A stretch of DNA of 64,000 nt from Marsupella aquatica (taxonomy: Eukaryota; Plantae; Marchantiophyta): assembly GCA_973895155.1 (NCBI GenBank), contig OZ316891.1, positions 23,311,899-23,375,898 on the forward strand, given 5' to 3'. Shown here in pieces: positions 47,701 through 60,568 of this stretch (its first letter is position 1; every line of letters begins with the position of its first letter). The notes beneath the pieces are model-generated. The model made no database searches. It had not been told where the DNA came from and saw only the letters and a list, made by a program, of their open reading frames with translations. The translations under genes and the position numbers were made by a program.

Positions 47701-49378
47701 CAAGATGAACCAGATGAAGTCTGTCATCATTGCAAAGCTCGACAAGGAGCTAAGAGCAACCAAGGAGGAGAGGGCTACCTTGAAGAAGGAATTGGAGGAA
47801 GCCCACAGGGAGCAGGAGGAGGCCAAAAACGAGCTGGAGGGGGCACGTAAGGACCTGGATGAAACCCAAGAGGAGTTGGAGGAAATCACGAGGAAGATGG
47901 AGAACCTACAGCGGCGGGCCGACAACCAAACAGAGCGGCTAAAGAAACAAGCCGCAGTATTTAAATGCTTAGCTGCAGCAGGTCCATCTCCCGTTGGGAC
48001 AAACCAGTTACCAGGGGTGGTAATTGCCGAAGGACAAGCCGCGCCAACTGCACCAGTGCCGGAAGTAAGTGGGAAGGGGAAGGGACCAGCTGCCGAGCCA
48101 CCAACGAAGAAGAAGCGGAAACCTTCAGGGTCAAGGAGTAATACGACTTCACAGGCCGTGGTGATCAAGGAGGTAGACCCAGCACCGACCCCAGACAGGG
48201 TCACGGCTAAGGATCCAACTACCCTAGGGGAAGGGGAGGCCGAAGCCGAGGGAGTGGCTGAAGCCGAAGCCGTGGGAGTGGCTGAGGCCGAAGCTGTGGG
48301 TATTGCCGAGGCCGGTGTCGAGGCTGAAGCCGAAGGTGGACCCAGTCAGGCCGATGGAGAGTTGACTCGGTCAAGGGCAGGTAATCTGTCAGTAGGCGGG
48401 CCAACGGCAGTGGCTGAGGAGGAAGTGTTGGGGGCGTCCATTGAGGATCCACCACCGGTGTCGTGACGGTGCAAGGGCGCCGTTCCTTTTAGGGAGGGCG
48501 GACGTGGAGGGAGGAGGCGTGAGTGGGCAGGGCGGGCGCGGATCTCCACGTTTAGGATTAGGATCAGAACCAGGAGCGGCCCTGACACTTAGCTTAGTGG
48601 GATTGCGGTCCCACTGGTAGGAGCAACACTTGTGCTCCTGCCTTGCTGTACATAGGTAGATTCGGGCAAGTAGATTACTGTTAAGTAGATTAGGCTTACG
48701 ATGCAAAGAATGGCGGATCCACTACCAGGATAAGTACCTGGGCAGCGGGGAGCTCAGGGCCTCTTCTTTAGCAAGTTTTTAGTTTGCACCAGCCGGGCTG
48801 GGATCAAGTAGTACGAGAAGCTCTCGGTTAGTCATACAGTGACCCTTGTGTATATTCATGTTTCCTCATGCCTAAGAGCTGAATAGAGTTGGCCTCACGG
48901 CTTAGTTCGCAGAACTTGTGTATGAGATGTACTGTTTGTATGGCAAGTGCATGGTATGACTCAGTCAGAATGAGTCATTTTGCTATTTGTGTGTCGCATT
49001 AACTTGTGTGAAGAGTGCCCACATCAACAGAAGGAAGGAAAGTAAGCAGGGGAGTGAGAGTTGGATGTGTCGAGCTGAGAGAGGTCTTAGCGGCTTAACC
49101 AAGCCTATTGGGGATCATTCCGGCGGCGGAATCCAAACATACCTAACAAGAAGACAGGGGAAGACAGGGGAAGGCCTATATTAGGCCGGCTACATATCTC
49201 ATGACCCGATGAAGGATCTGTCCAGTATATGTGTGTAAAATGTTAATAGTAGTAGTAGAAGGTTAGCAGCGTCCCATGCCGCTAAGCCGCGGAAACGGCC
49301 TCGCCAAGCACGAAACCTGCGGGAATCGGCTTGAGCTGGGGGGTTTCTTGGGTTTAGGGAGCCATGGGACGCACCACA
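44727..49378 (+). repeat. 3' LTR of element A (4652 bp)
   Basis: Near-identical to the 5' LTR, with two 1-bp indels. Confidence 0.97.
44842..48466 (+). pseudogene. LTR-encoded accessory gene, 3' LTR copy (single frameshift near 45602)
   Basis: ORFs 44803..45609 and 45479..48466 join into one 1207-aa ORF if the extra G in AGGGG is removed. Confidence 0.88.
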
Positions 49379-50751
49379 AGTGCAGATGTCCTTGTGGGAC
49401 GGGTAGCGCTGGACTCGCAGTTGATGATAGCCTGAACCTGAGCAGGGATGTGGTCAAAGTGATGTCGTTGCAAGTCGATCGTACCCAAGATATTGAAGAC
49501 CTCGTCCGGGAGCCAAAGCAATGCTTCCCAGAAACCGATATATTTGTCTCCGTTGAAGAAGTACCCAGATACCTCTGCTGGTCGGTAGAGCTCGCTCTGA
49601 GATGGGTAGTCAAAGTTAAGGATATAGCAGTCCCCTGAGCGCTTGTTCCTCTGGGCCGCCTGGTCAAGGGTGGGGTAGCCTCGTCGTCATCGCTAAGATC
49701 CACAACGTTGATGACGGAGCGTACTTGTGCTGGCTGGGCGATCGGTGGTGGGGTTTGGCTAGGCTGCGGCTGAGGCTGAAGCTGAAGCTAAGCCTGAGGT
49801 TGAGCCTAGGTTGCATGGGTACGGGTACGGGTTTGACTGAGTTGGTCATGTTGGTTGATGGTCGAGTTCCCATGAAGCTCTGCAGGTGCTGGTAGAAGTT
49901 CTCCGAAGCAAGTGCGGACGACCTTGTCGAACGGGTAGTACTGGACTCGCTGTTGATGATAGCCCAAACCTGAGCATGGATGTGGTCGAAGTGATGTCGT
50001 TGCAAGTCGATCGTACCCGGGATATTGAAGACCTCGTCCGGGAGCCAAAGCAATGCTTCCCAAAAACCGATATATTTGTCTCCGTTGAAGAAGTACCCAG
50101 ATACCTCTGCTGGTCGGTAGAGCTCGCTCTGAGATGGGTAGTCAAAGTTAAGGATATAGCGGTGTCATCCTGCTAGGCGGATGGCTCTCTCATACTCGCG
50201 TTTGATTTTGTATCGGCGCGGGTTGGCGTGTTTTAACGAGTCGGCCAAGTGTCTTCCGGTAGATAGGAACTACGTCCAGAATCGAATGGCCAAACTGGAG
50301 AGGATCATGTGCAACATTCAGAGGAGATAGTAGTGGCAAGTAAGAGTGAACGAGAGAGCTAGGGTCAAAGCTAGCGCGCGGACTGATGGACTGGTGCACT
50401 ACAAAGGGTCGGCTCCCTTTTTATACCTTGAGGGCTTGTCGCTCCCCCGACATCTCCTCGCTGCCTATAGGCTGAACCATTCACGCTTGTAGTGTACCGG
50501 CCACTCCGCCAGTCTGAGTCACCGCGTGTCAGTGGATGCCTCCCAAAGTTTGTTATACGGACCGGAGGGAGGGGCCCCTTAACGTTCGTAACCTGGGCAT
50601 GCGAATGGCGATGCGCCGCCAGTCGGAACATGAATTCCCCTTATTGACTAATGATTTTCTACTCATAATGGCTACCTAAATACTGTTGTTATGCTAATCA
50701 TAGCGGCTTAAGATACCCCTAACGCGTGTGCTAAGCACAGTTTAGACTAAA

Positions 50752-53700
50752 TTACTCATTACTTGCCGTACCGGCGGCATCACATAGCTCCCTACTTAAT
50801 TGTGAAGCGTCCTCGCAAACATCACTCTCGGCGTCGTCGTCTTGATGGTGGTACCTCTTTACACGATCGTAACTGACTCGCGTGGGGAGTAAATCGCTGG
50901 CGTACGTTGCAAGTTCCAAAGATCCGTTAGGGTAGATCTGATTGACTAGGAAGGGCCCTAACCAACGGGTATGAAGCTTCCCTGGAAACTGCATGTACCT
51001 ACTATCATACAGAAGGACTAGATTGCCTGTCACGACGTCGACCTTCCATAGTCCTTTGTCGTGCTGTTTCTTGGAAGTTGCTTGCTTCATTACGACGTGT
51101 CGAGCTGCTAGTAGCCGTGTCTCTTCTAAGGCTTCAATCTGATAAGCTCGGTCTGACAAACTTTCAGATTCAGGTAAGCGCTCCCAAATGCTGACCCGTG
51201 GAGTGTGTAGTTCAAACTCGATGGGTACCAACAAATGTTGGCCGAACACGAGAAAGTACGGGCTGTGACTCGTAGTAGTTTTGTAAGCTAGATTATACGA
51301 GTACACCGCCGCGTACAACTTATCATCCCAATCCATTTTGTGCGCAGCTACAGTTTTGTTGAGGATCTTCCCAATGATACCATTGGCTCTCTCTACCATC
51401 CCGTTGGCTTTAGGATGATACGGGGTAGTCTTGCGGTGCTTGACTAGGTAACGCTCCGTAAGCTGGGCTACAGTGTCATTGAGGAAGTGTGTTCCACGGT
51501 CGCTTACCAACTCTAAGGGCGGTCCAAACCGGGTGAAAATCTGTTCATATAAGAAGCTGGCGCTGGTTGTGGCGTCGTCCTTCACCATAGCCCGTGCTTC
51601 TACCCAGTTGGTGGAGTAATCTATAGCTAGCAAGATGTACCTGCATCTTCGCCTTTGGGTAACGGGAGTAAACGGCCCGATATAATCAATACCCCACTTT
51701 TCGAATGGTGCTAATGGAAGCACGGACGTGAGAGGGTGATGATGAGCTCGTCTCGGGGCCCCAGCCCGCTGACAAAGGTCACAGCCTTTGATGAAGCGTT
51801 GTACATCCCGATGCAACATAGGCCACCAATATCCCGAGTCCAGAATCTTTCAGGATGTCGTGATAGCCGCAAAATGGCCTCCAGCTTCTTCTTCATTCAG
51901 GGCCCACATCACGATAAGCATTTCCTTATACTCTAAGCAGCATCGTACTTTCCCATTAACTCCTTCCTTATGTAGGTGGCCCTGTATCATGACATAAGGC
52001 CCGGCTTTCCTTAAAAACACAGCGACGGCTTCCTGATTGATGCCGTTAGGGATGCGGCCCGTTAAGAGGAAGGTGATTATTGAACCGTACCACGTTGTCG
52101 TCCCCGCCCCTACGTGGAACAAATCCTCATCCGGAAAAATATCATTAATTGGCTGATTGACTGGCACGCCGTCCAGCCTTGAAAAGAAATCGGCGTTGAG
52201 GTGTACCTTTCCTGGCCGAACCAAAACTTTGTAATTAAATTCTTGGAGAAGTAGCACCCACCGGGCTATCCATCCTGTCACGTCCGCCTTGTTGACCATG
52301 TACTTCAGGCTATCATGATCCGTGTGGAATATGACCTTGTAGCCGAGCAGATAGTGTCGGAACTTTTTACACGAGTAGATTATTCCCAGAGCTTCTCGAT
52401 CAGTGGGGGAATAATTCTTTTCGGCTGCAAATAGTTGACGGCTACCAAAATAGATGGGGTGATCACGTCCATCCTCATCTAGCTGACTAAGTACGGACCC
52501 GATACAGAACCCTGACACATTGACATACACGTGGAACTCCTTATTCCAGTCTGGGGTGACCATGATAGGTGCGGTGGTGAGTCGTTTACAGAGTTCTTCG
52601 AAAGCAATCCGTCTTCGGGGTGTCTCCTCGATCACTGCATCCTTCTTCATCATCTCAGTTAAGGGCAACGCAATTTTAGCAAAGTTTTTAATGAACTGGC
52701 GGTAATACCCTACACAGCCCAAGAAGGATCGTATCACTTTTTGATCCATGGGAAACACCACCGCCATCCAGGCCGCGACCTTCTCTTGGTCCACCTCGAT
52801 ACCCCGTTTGGACACACGATGCCCGAGCAATACTCCCTCCTCTACTCCAAAAAAGCATTTGGCGGGATGTAGCTTGAGGTTAACTTCTTAGCATCGTTGC
52901 AACGTACGTCTTAGGTGTTCGGGGTGCATGGCGACAGTTCCAAAGATGGCAAAGTTGTCGATAAAGATCTCCAGAAATTCTCGTAGGAAATCATGGAAGA
53001 TATTCATCATGAGTTGCTGAAACATGGCCGGAGCGTTACACAGTCCGAACGGCATTCTCCGAAATGCGAAAGTCCCCCATTCTATAGTGAACGTTGTTTT
53101 GAGTTGATCCGAGAGGCGAATCCAGATTTGGTTATAACCCGAATATCCGTCAAGGAATGTATAAATCTCATTTTGGGCTACCATATCTAGAACCATGTCC
53201 GTGAATGGTAACGGATAATGGTCTTTTTGGGTCGCGTCATTCAGCTTACAATAGTCCTAACAGATTCGGATCTTAGGTTTTTTGTCCGTTCCTCCTTTTT
53301 TTGGTACAATGATGATGGGAGAGACCCAGTCGCTGGCCATTACCGGGTAGAAGATATCTGCGGCGAGGAGACGATCAATTTCCTCCTTCACTAAGATGGA
53401 GTACCTCGGGTTCATGCGACGTTGTCGCTGCCGTACTGCATGGGCCCCCAAATTCAAATCGATCGTGTGTTCTCCTAACTCGGGGGAGACTCCGGTTAAA
53501 TTGTGATGGCTCCATGCAAACACATCTTCATATTCCTTGAGCAAAGCTTGGATAGATTTTTCTGCCTCCCTAGTCAGAGTGTGGCCCAGGTTAAACGACT
53601 TATCCATCCCAATGGTGTACTTCCGGTAGTGCTCCTTCCTGATGACTTCAACCTGGTTCCGCAAGCTCGGGTCCAGGCTTGCATCAAGTTCAGCTAACCA

Positions 53701-56700
53701 AACTCCTCCGTACATGGGTGGAACCGGGATTGGTTTTGGGATTGGAGTTACTTCCTCCAATAGCGAAATGGACGGATCCCAGGAGACTCGTTTCTTATGT
53801 CTCGGCCTCGGGTTTTCGGCTTCGGGCGATTGTTTAGCTGGTTCATGGTCACGAGGCTCTGCACTGGTAGAAGCAGCATCGGCTCCCTGCTTAGCGGGAG
53901 CCGTGTCCTCCGTATTGATGAGTTGTTTTTGTGTTTCCTCATCCCGGGCGGTGGAGGTGCTTGGGGTGGACTCAATAGTAGCCTTCGGGTAATTCAGGAG
54001 ATGTGTTTCCCGAATTGCCTCAACTCCAAAGACATCTTCCTCGGACAAGGACGAGACAAGTTTGATCATATTGAGTTCCTCTTCCTCCGAGGTCTCCGAA
54101 TCGTATTCCTCGGGTCCCTGTGGAGTTTTGCCCTGGTAATCGTCCATTGCCCATGATACCCGTACTGTGGGTGTCCCAAACCGTAGCTCCTTCTTTCCCC
54201 AATCCGTGACTACACGACCACCGTACAACCACGGCCTGCCTAGGAGGACCGGATAAGATGAGGGCCGAACCGGCCTCATAACTAGGAAGTTGAGATAGAA
54301 CTCCACCCCACCTACTAGAGTGAGCACCCGTGTGAGCGTGCCTTATGGGAGGACCCTTGCCCCATTTGCTAATCTGATAGCTCGGGCCGTAGGTTGATAC
54401 GTGAGGTATCCTAACTTGACTGATGTTTCTTTAGTCATGATGTTGACTCCTGCTCCTCCGTCTACGAGAACCATCTTGATGGTACAATTATTAATTTCAA
54501 TCGAGATGTCCGGCGCTCCCAGGTCCTCGCATATCATGTTGCAATCCGCGATCCCAACACGAGGTAGTCGCCTCCGCCGGCGACCCGTGAGCAACTCCCT
54601 TAGTTGCCGTCTGTACTGTGGGTTGTTCTGCAGCAGTTGCCCCACCGTCGCTGTAATTGGGCAACTCTTCACGTCTTCCTTAATATCATAGTCCTCCTTC
54701 TTTTCTTCCTTCGGCTGCTGCTCGGCTTCCTCTTGCTTTTCTTGCTTTTCTTGCTCCTGTTGCCGGGCGGTCTTGGCTGCTTTGATGTCCTTATCGATTG
54801 CCTTCTGGTACTCCCGAGCTTTGTAGGCCTCCAATTGTTTCTTGACCAGTTCTTCGATGCGGGGGAAAAATAGCTTTGGGTCGTCCCATCGGTAGTCATC
54901 GTCCTTCTCCGGGGGTATATCTATTGCTGGCTGCACCGGAGTAGTATCTTGCTTTTTCCTGCGTTTCTCCTCCTGCTTCTCTTCCTTCCGTTTGGCTCTT
55001 GTTGACACTCGGTAGCACTCCGCCTCGTCAGATGGAATAGGGTGCTCCGCCACGTCCACCAGATTCACCCACTTGGTGTTGTCATCTTGCCATTCCACCG
55101 CAATCATTTGGACGACCGCATCACTCGTGGCCGGTCCGCCCTGGGCTGGTCTTGCTGCATTTGTTTGAGCGGCCATTACCAATGGACAGTTGGCCGTGGA
55201 ATGAGCTTCCGTTTTGCAGACTTGACAAAGTGGCGTGCCACGGCCATCCCCCTGGCGTCTTGGTTTTGTGCATTCCCTCACAAAATGGCGTGGCTTCTCA
55301 CAGTTGTAACAAACCGGGGATCGCCAAATCCCTGGTTTAGGTTGAATGCTAGGGTTACTGATAACTTGGAAGCCTCTGCCATTGTTTGGGTAGGGGTATG
55401 CAGTTCTACCTGCTAAGTTACGCAGACCCACCGTTGAAATCTGATACACCGAATCAGGAGGGTCTTCAAAGAAATACTCCGTGGACTCCGCTTCAGGTCC
55501 CGGGTTGTCAACATCATCTAATTCCACCTGGTGAACTTGGTTCTTCCATCTTGGGCATTCTTGCATGACATGCCCGGATTGGAAGCACTTTGAACACCAT
55601 GCATGGGCTCGAATCTTAGATGGCTTCTTCTTCTCCACCGGCTTTTCCGCGAGATGTACTGACAGTGCTTTGAGGCGATCCGTGATTTTGTTAAGCTTGT
55701 CTGCTTTGGCAGCCTTTGGATTGGGTATCGTTCTTCGAGCACGGGGTTTGATTTTCCCCTCCTTAACCTGCCTTTTCTTCTTCTTGCTCCGGCTCTCACT
55801 TTCCAAATCACTTCCTGATGAGCTGGAGGTGGAGGACCCGCTGTTCGAAGTTGAATCCGAACTAGATTCCGTCTCCGAACTGGACGAGGTCGAACAATGT
55901 TTCTTCTTCTTTTTGCGTTTCTTCTTCTTCTTGTCATCCATTTTGGAGTCACTGTCACTGAAGGTCTCGTACTTACCCTTCTTGCGGCGTGCCCACTGGC
56001 TCCGTCGGGAGTTATATGTGGACTCCCGGTAGGTTTTGGTGCACGCTATGGCCGCTTGCATTGAAATTGGATTATTCTGGCGCACCCAGAATTGCATATT
56101 CGTGGGCAAGCCATGGAGGAACCATGTAAGCTGGAGTGCGTCGCCCGGCCTGGGCCGTATCTTGGCCGCAAGTTTCTGAAACTTCTGGATGAACTTTCGT
56201 AGGGACTCTTTTTTTCCCATGCAAAGCTGGCCAATCTTTAATAAAGAGCGCTGCTCGGATCCAATAGCACAAAATTCTTGCAGCAACGCAGCTTGGAATT
56301 GTGCCCATGTAGTCCCGGGTGGCAGCGAGTTGTACCATGGACGAGCTTCTTCCCGCATCACTCCGGGGAGGACGGTTAGCTTAATGGCGTCTTCCCCGTT
56401 AGCCTTAGCAGTGGCCTCAAACTCATCCAACCAGTCATCCGGATCATCCCCATGACGCCCTTTGAAAGGTCAATAATGAAACCGCGATCGTTGCGATATT
56501 TGTGGAGGAGCTTGGGCAGCGCGGGCCATCGGTGGGGCGGCTGCCATAGGTGGTGGCGGTGGTGGCGGTGGTGGCACAGGAACCGCAGTAGGACCGGTCG
56601 AACCGGACCCCGAAGGTCCCGGTGGTATATTCATTTGTCGGGGCAATTGCGAGTCCTCCGAGCCCGAAGAATCGGAGCTTGTTGTGGTTGCACCTTCTCG

Positions 56701-56751
56701 TTCGCTGGTCAATCTCCTCAAGTAAGCTGCTTGAGAACGAGTGACGGGCAT
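50752..56751 (-). pseudogene. gag-pol of element B, one reading frame interrupted by nonsense codons
   Basis: ORFs 54343..56430, 53257..54327, 52888..53196, 51850..52830 and 50752..51819 are in the same frame. Three knuckle-like motifs, VDGGAG protease, RT FIDNF (mutated), RH and INT. Confidence 0.93.
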
Positions 56752-56842
56752 TTACTCATGTAAATGCAATGGTTAGTACTAGGGCCTGATGTCTCCTGCC
56801 CAGGTGAATACGCACACGGCCCCCTTCTATGATATGTAGAGT

Positions 56843-56862
56843 GCCCCCTCCATCTAGCGCCA
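56843..56862 (-). other. PBS of element B, tRNA-Asn-like, 13 nt from the LTR end
   Basis: GCCCCCTCCATCTAGCGCCA on the + strand. Confidence 0.75.
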
Positions 56863-56875
56863 AAAACAAAGGCTA

Positions 56876-58892
56876 TGTCATGTCATCAGCCTTGGCCTTA
56901 ACTCGGGCTTCAGCTTTAAACGGGCACATCCTTCGTAAATATGAGGGTTCGGGCAGGGAGGGAAGAACATAATGCACCTAATTCACGTAAACTAGCGCTA
57001 AGTGCGCATACTGTTAGATATGGACACCTCCTAGGTATGGTTTGTGTTCCGCCGCCGGAATGTACCTTAGTCGATAGCAGGATCGACCCCGGCCTAACGA
57101 CTTCTAAACCTTCGTGTTGTCCGCCTTCGATCCGGATTCAATGATACAGGTCCTCAACCCATGCTCGCAACCACATACCCGCAAGCTGCATCTTGTGCAT
57201 GACTCGAGTAGTGCGTTTGGCCCGGCGTTGTCACCTATACACGAGATTCATACACGCATACACGCACACAAGCATACAATCTTGATTTACACGAAGTAAA
57301 TAATGGGAAAGGATTTTACTACATAGGGGACATAAGTGTACACTTGGTTGACCCGACAGCTCCGAAATGAACAGGTTCAAGGCCGAGGGTGTACACTACA
57401 ACGGAGCCCGGCTCCGCACTTGCCCGGCGAGCTTAGTCCTACCCCCCTCCCCTTGGTACTCTTTCACTCCCAGAGGTCGGGACTCCCCGCACATACCACG
57501 GATGTCCAACTCTGAGACTAAAACCCCCCCCCCTTGCTTCTACCGAGGGGTGCACTAAATACTAAGGGCCGAGGAACAGAGTGTCCTCCCGCCTGAAGAT
57601 TCGCTGACTAAGGTCCTAACTAAGCTGACTGTCAGGCCGAAAAATGGTTGTGTCTTATTAGAAGATCCTAATCTATGCAGGCTAGACAGCATGGCAGTGC
57701 TGCTGTAACTAAGGCAGGTGCCTGTCCCAATAGCCTGACTTAGCTATTCCTAACCCTATTCTATTCCTACTCCGCCGCTAATGTCTGGCACGCTTGCCAG
57801 AGCCGTCCGAGTGGGAATGGTCATCCCGCTGCTTGCAAAGTCTAGCGTTGTCCGACTTGAGGAGCTGGACTTGGTCTAGCAGAGATTCGCTCTCTCGCTT
57901 TGCCGCATCTGTCTCCTCCGTTGCCTCCTGGCATGCCTCTTCTAGCTGCTGGGCGTCGCTCGTCAACTTGCCCACCAACTGGTCCTGCTTCTCGACTTCG
58001 GTTTGAAGCTGCGCTACTTTGGCTTGTAGCGTGGCTATCTCCGCAGTGTCCCGCTGGGGCCGTTCTTTGGCCTCCTCCAGGTCTTTCTGCCAGATGATAG
58101 TTTGATTCTTCAAACTGTCAATCTGGGACCGGAGCCGTGAAATCTCGGCCTCGTTCCCAGCTTTGGCCTGCTTGGCTAGGGCGGTAAGGGCGTGCGCCTT
58201 TGCTAACAACTCGTCGACGGCTGCAACTTTGGGTCGTAGTTGCAAAAGCTCAGCCTCTTGAGCCGCAACTTTGTTCTTTAAGTATACGGACTCCACCCGG
58301 TACCGCTCTATCCTCTGAAGGGCCTCTGACTGGGCCCGACCTGCCTTTACTGCGGCAACCAACTCCTGATTGAAGAAATAGGCTACCTTCTGGGCCATGA
58401 ACTCCCCGGTATCCCGAGCAATTTGATGAGAGAAATCTCCCATAAGCCCGTTCAGAAATGTACCCTGTACGAAGAGTTCCGGGTGGTCCAGGTTGTGCCT
58501 GTCCAGAGTTGGGCACGGGCAGATGTCAACATGCGCGGGGCCGGGGCAGTGACATCCAGCCCTGGGGACGTGTTGGAAGGGGCTGGAGTGTCCTCCTGCA
58601 GCAAAGTCTGGTTCTCCGGAACAGCCATCGGTGGGTCTTTGGGAGACCCAGGCTCGAGTAAGACCTCCGCTATACCGACTTCTGTACTTAGCCCAGCTTG
58701 TTGGATCGCATCTACGGTTGCAATAACCGACCCATCCGGTACCTCCTCGGTCATGACTACAACTACTTGTGGGGGTGGGGTGGGTGAAGCTTGCGTGTCC
58801 GCTGGACTTTGGGCCTCGGGTTGGGGCCATCTCTCCAAGGCCGGGAAAACCCACCTAGCTGGGACCAGCCTTGTAACGTTGACACGGGGAAG
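56876..58892 (-). repeat. Truncated 5' LTR of element B with the C-terminal half of the LTR ORF (57778-58890)
   Basis: Colinear with 30849-32735; homology stops after GACACGGGGAAG. Confidence 0.9.
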
Positions 58893-59139
58893 TTGATAGT
58901 CGTGGCGATTTGCCAACCTTTGCTTCTCCAACACCTCTCTTGCTAGGGCATCGGATACCTGATTAAGAGTAGTCATTTCAGCCTAATCATGGAGCATTTA
59001 ATACGTCGGGGTGTTCAACTTCCTTTACCAATCAAAGGCCGCCCACCCTCATAGAATTAAATTCACCTACGTCCCAGGGATCCAATTTCAATTCATGACT
59101 TAGAACATACCTCACAAAATCATCACATTTAATCTCTAG

Positions 59140-60200
59140 ACTTGCTACCCTTCCTGATCGAGTCCAATGCAACTTCTCCTCTTGTAAAAGAAAGGCCCTG
59201 AGAAAAGCCTTTCAAACTGGGAACTCCCTAAATTGTGTCGATCATCAAATACTCTGTCTAGCTAGTGTCCTTGCTTCTCCAGTCCAAAGCAACTTCTCCT
59301 CTTCAAAACAAAAGCAAATCAATTTAATTTAATGTACCTCAATTTTGTTCACGATAGCTGCCAATACTGATTTGATTGACTGCTTGACCTTCCTCTCCAT
59401 GCTCTTTCTTGAAGTTCCTATTCGGATTCAAATGTACGTTGGCAGCAAAGCTTCAGACCCTAATAAATCTGGAGCTTCATTGAACCTCCTTTTTGCACTC
59501 ATTCCCCATGCTCTGAAGGCAACACGGATTTATCAAAGCATGGATCTCACATCATACCACGGATCTTGCTCTTTCAATCAATTTAACCCAATCATATAGA
59601 ACTTTCTAGAGTTGCTACCTATTTTGCGTTCCACAAGGCTAGGTATTTTAAAGGCCACTATTGGTCATTCCAAACTTTAACGCAACTTGAACTCTTGTTA
59701 ACAAACAAAGCCTTTCAAAATTTAAGCTACTCTGATTCTGTCAATCATCACATACTCTGTCCAACGTCCTTGCTTCTTCAGTGCAAAGAAAAACACCCTC
59801 TTCAAAAACAAAAGCATTGAGGCATATATTTACCTCAATTCTGCCGATGATGGCTGCTAGTGAGTGATTTGAGTCAATGTTCAACCCTTTGATCCTCTTC
59901 AGACCTCCTTCGCACTCTTTCCCGAAGTTCCCGTCATCATCAGCAATGCTTCAGACCCTAATAAAACTTGCAGCTTCATTGCCCTCCTTTTTGCACTCAT
60001 TCCCCTTGCTCATGCTCGGATTTGAATGTCATCCGCGAAGCTTCAGACGCAAATTAAATCTACAGCTTGATTGGCTGTTTGGCAGAGCTTCAAGTAAACC
60101 CTACCCTCCTTTTTGCATGAGCTCATTCCCTATGCTTTGAAGGCAACACAAATTAGAACATCTTGAATCACACATCATCGCACGACTGCTCTTGAATGAA
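59140..60200. repeat. Degenerate local duplications
   Basis: AGTCCAA.GCAACTTCTCCTCTT and CTTTTTGCACTCATTCCCC / GCTTCAGACCCTAATAAA blocks recur 2-3 times. Confidence 0.6.
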
Positions 60201-60568
60201 TTCTCACAGAGGCATCCATCTTGTGCTTCACGAGGCTAAGTATGGACCCTTGCGCTCGGCTTCGATACTTTCTGAACAAATTGTAGCTCGCGCCTAAGTG
60301 AGAAGGACTCTCACTCCTAGATTTTGAAAATTCCCTGCAGAACTAGTAGCGCCGACGACATTCTCCCACAGAACTAGTTGTCCAACTGTAAATTACATGT
60401 CGGGACAAAAAATGAGTTTCCCCAAAGGACTTTGACTCCTTGTTTTTGAAAAGTCCTCCACGCAGAACTAATAGCGCTAGCACTCTCCTAGAGAACCGGT
60501 TGTCCTTCACTCATAAATTATAGTTGCGACAAGAAAGGGGTTACCTCGGGAGCTGAAATACTAATGAA

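Larger units (their letters stand above)
33853..49378 (+). mobile_element. Full-length Ty3/gypsy element family A (Athila-like), 15.5 kb with giant ORF-bearing LTRs
   Basis: TG..CA LTRs of 4650 and 4652 bp. Perfect TSD AGTGC at 33848-52 and 49379-83. PBS, PPT and gag-PR-RT-RH-INT present. Confidence 0.97.
30849..58892 (-). mobile_element. Ty3/gypsy element family B (Athila-like non-chromovirus); 5' LTR truncated, 3' LTR split by element A
   Basis: 5' LTR remnant 56876-58892, PBS 56843-56862, gag-pol 50752-56751, PPT at 50785-50800, 3' LTR 30849-33852 plus 49384-50784. Confidence 0.9.
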
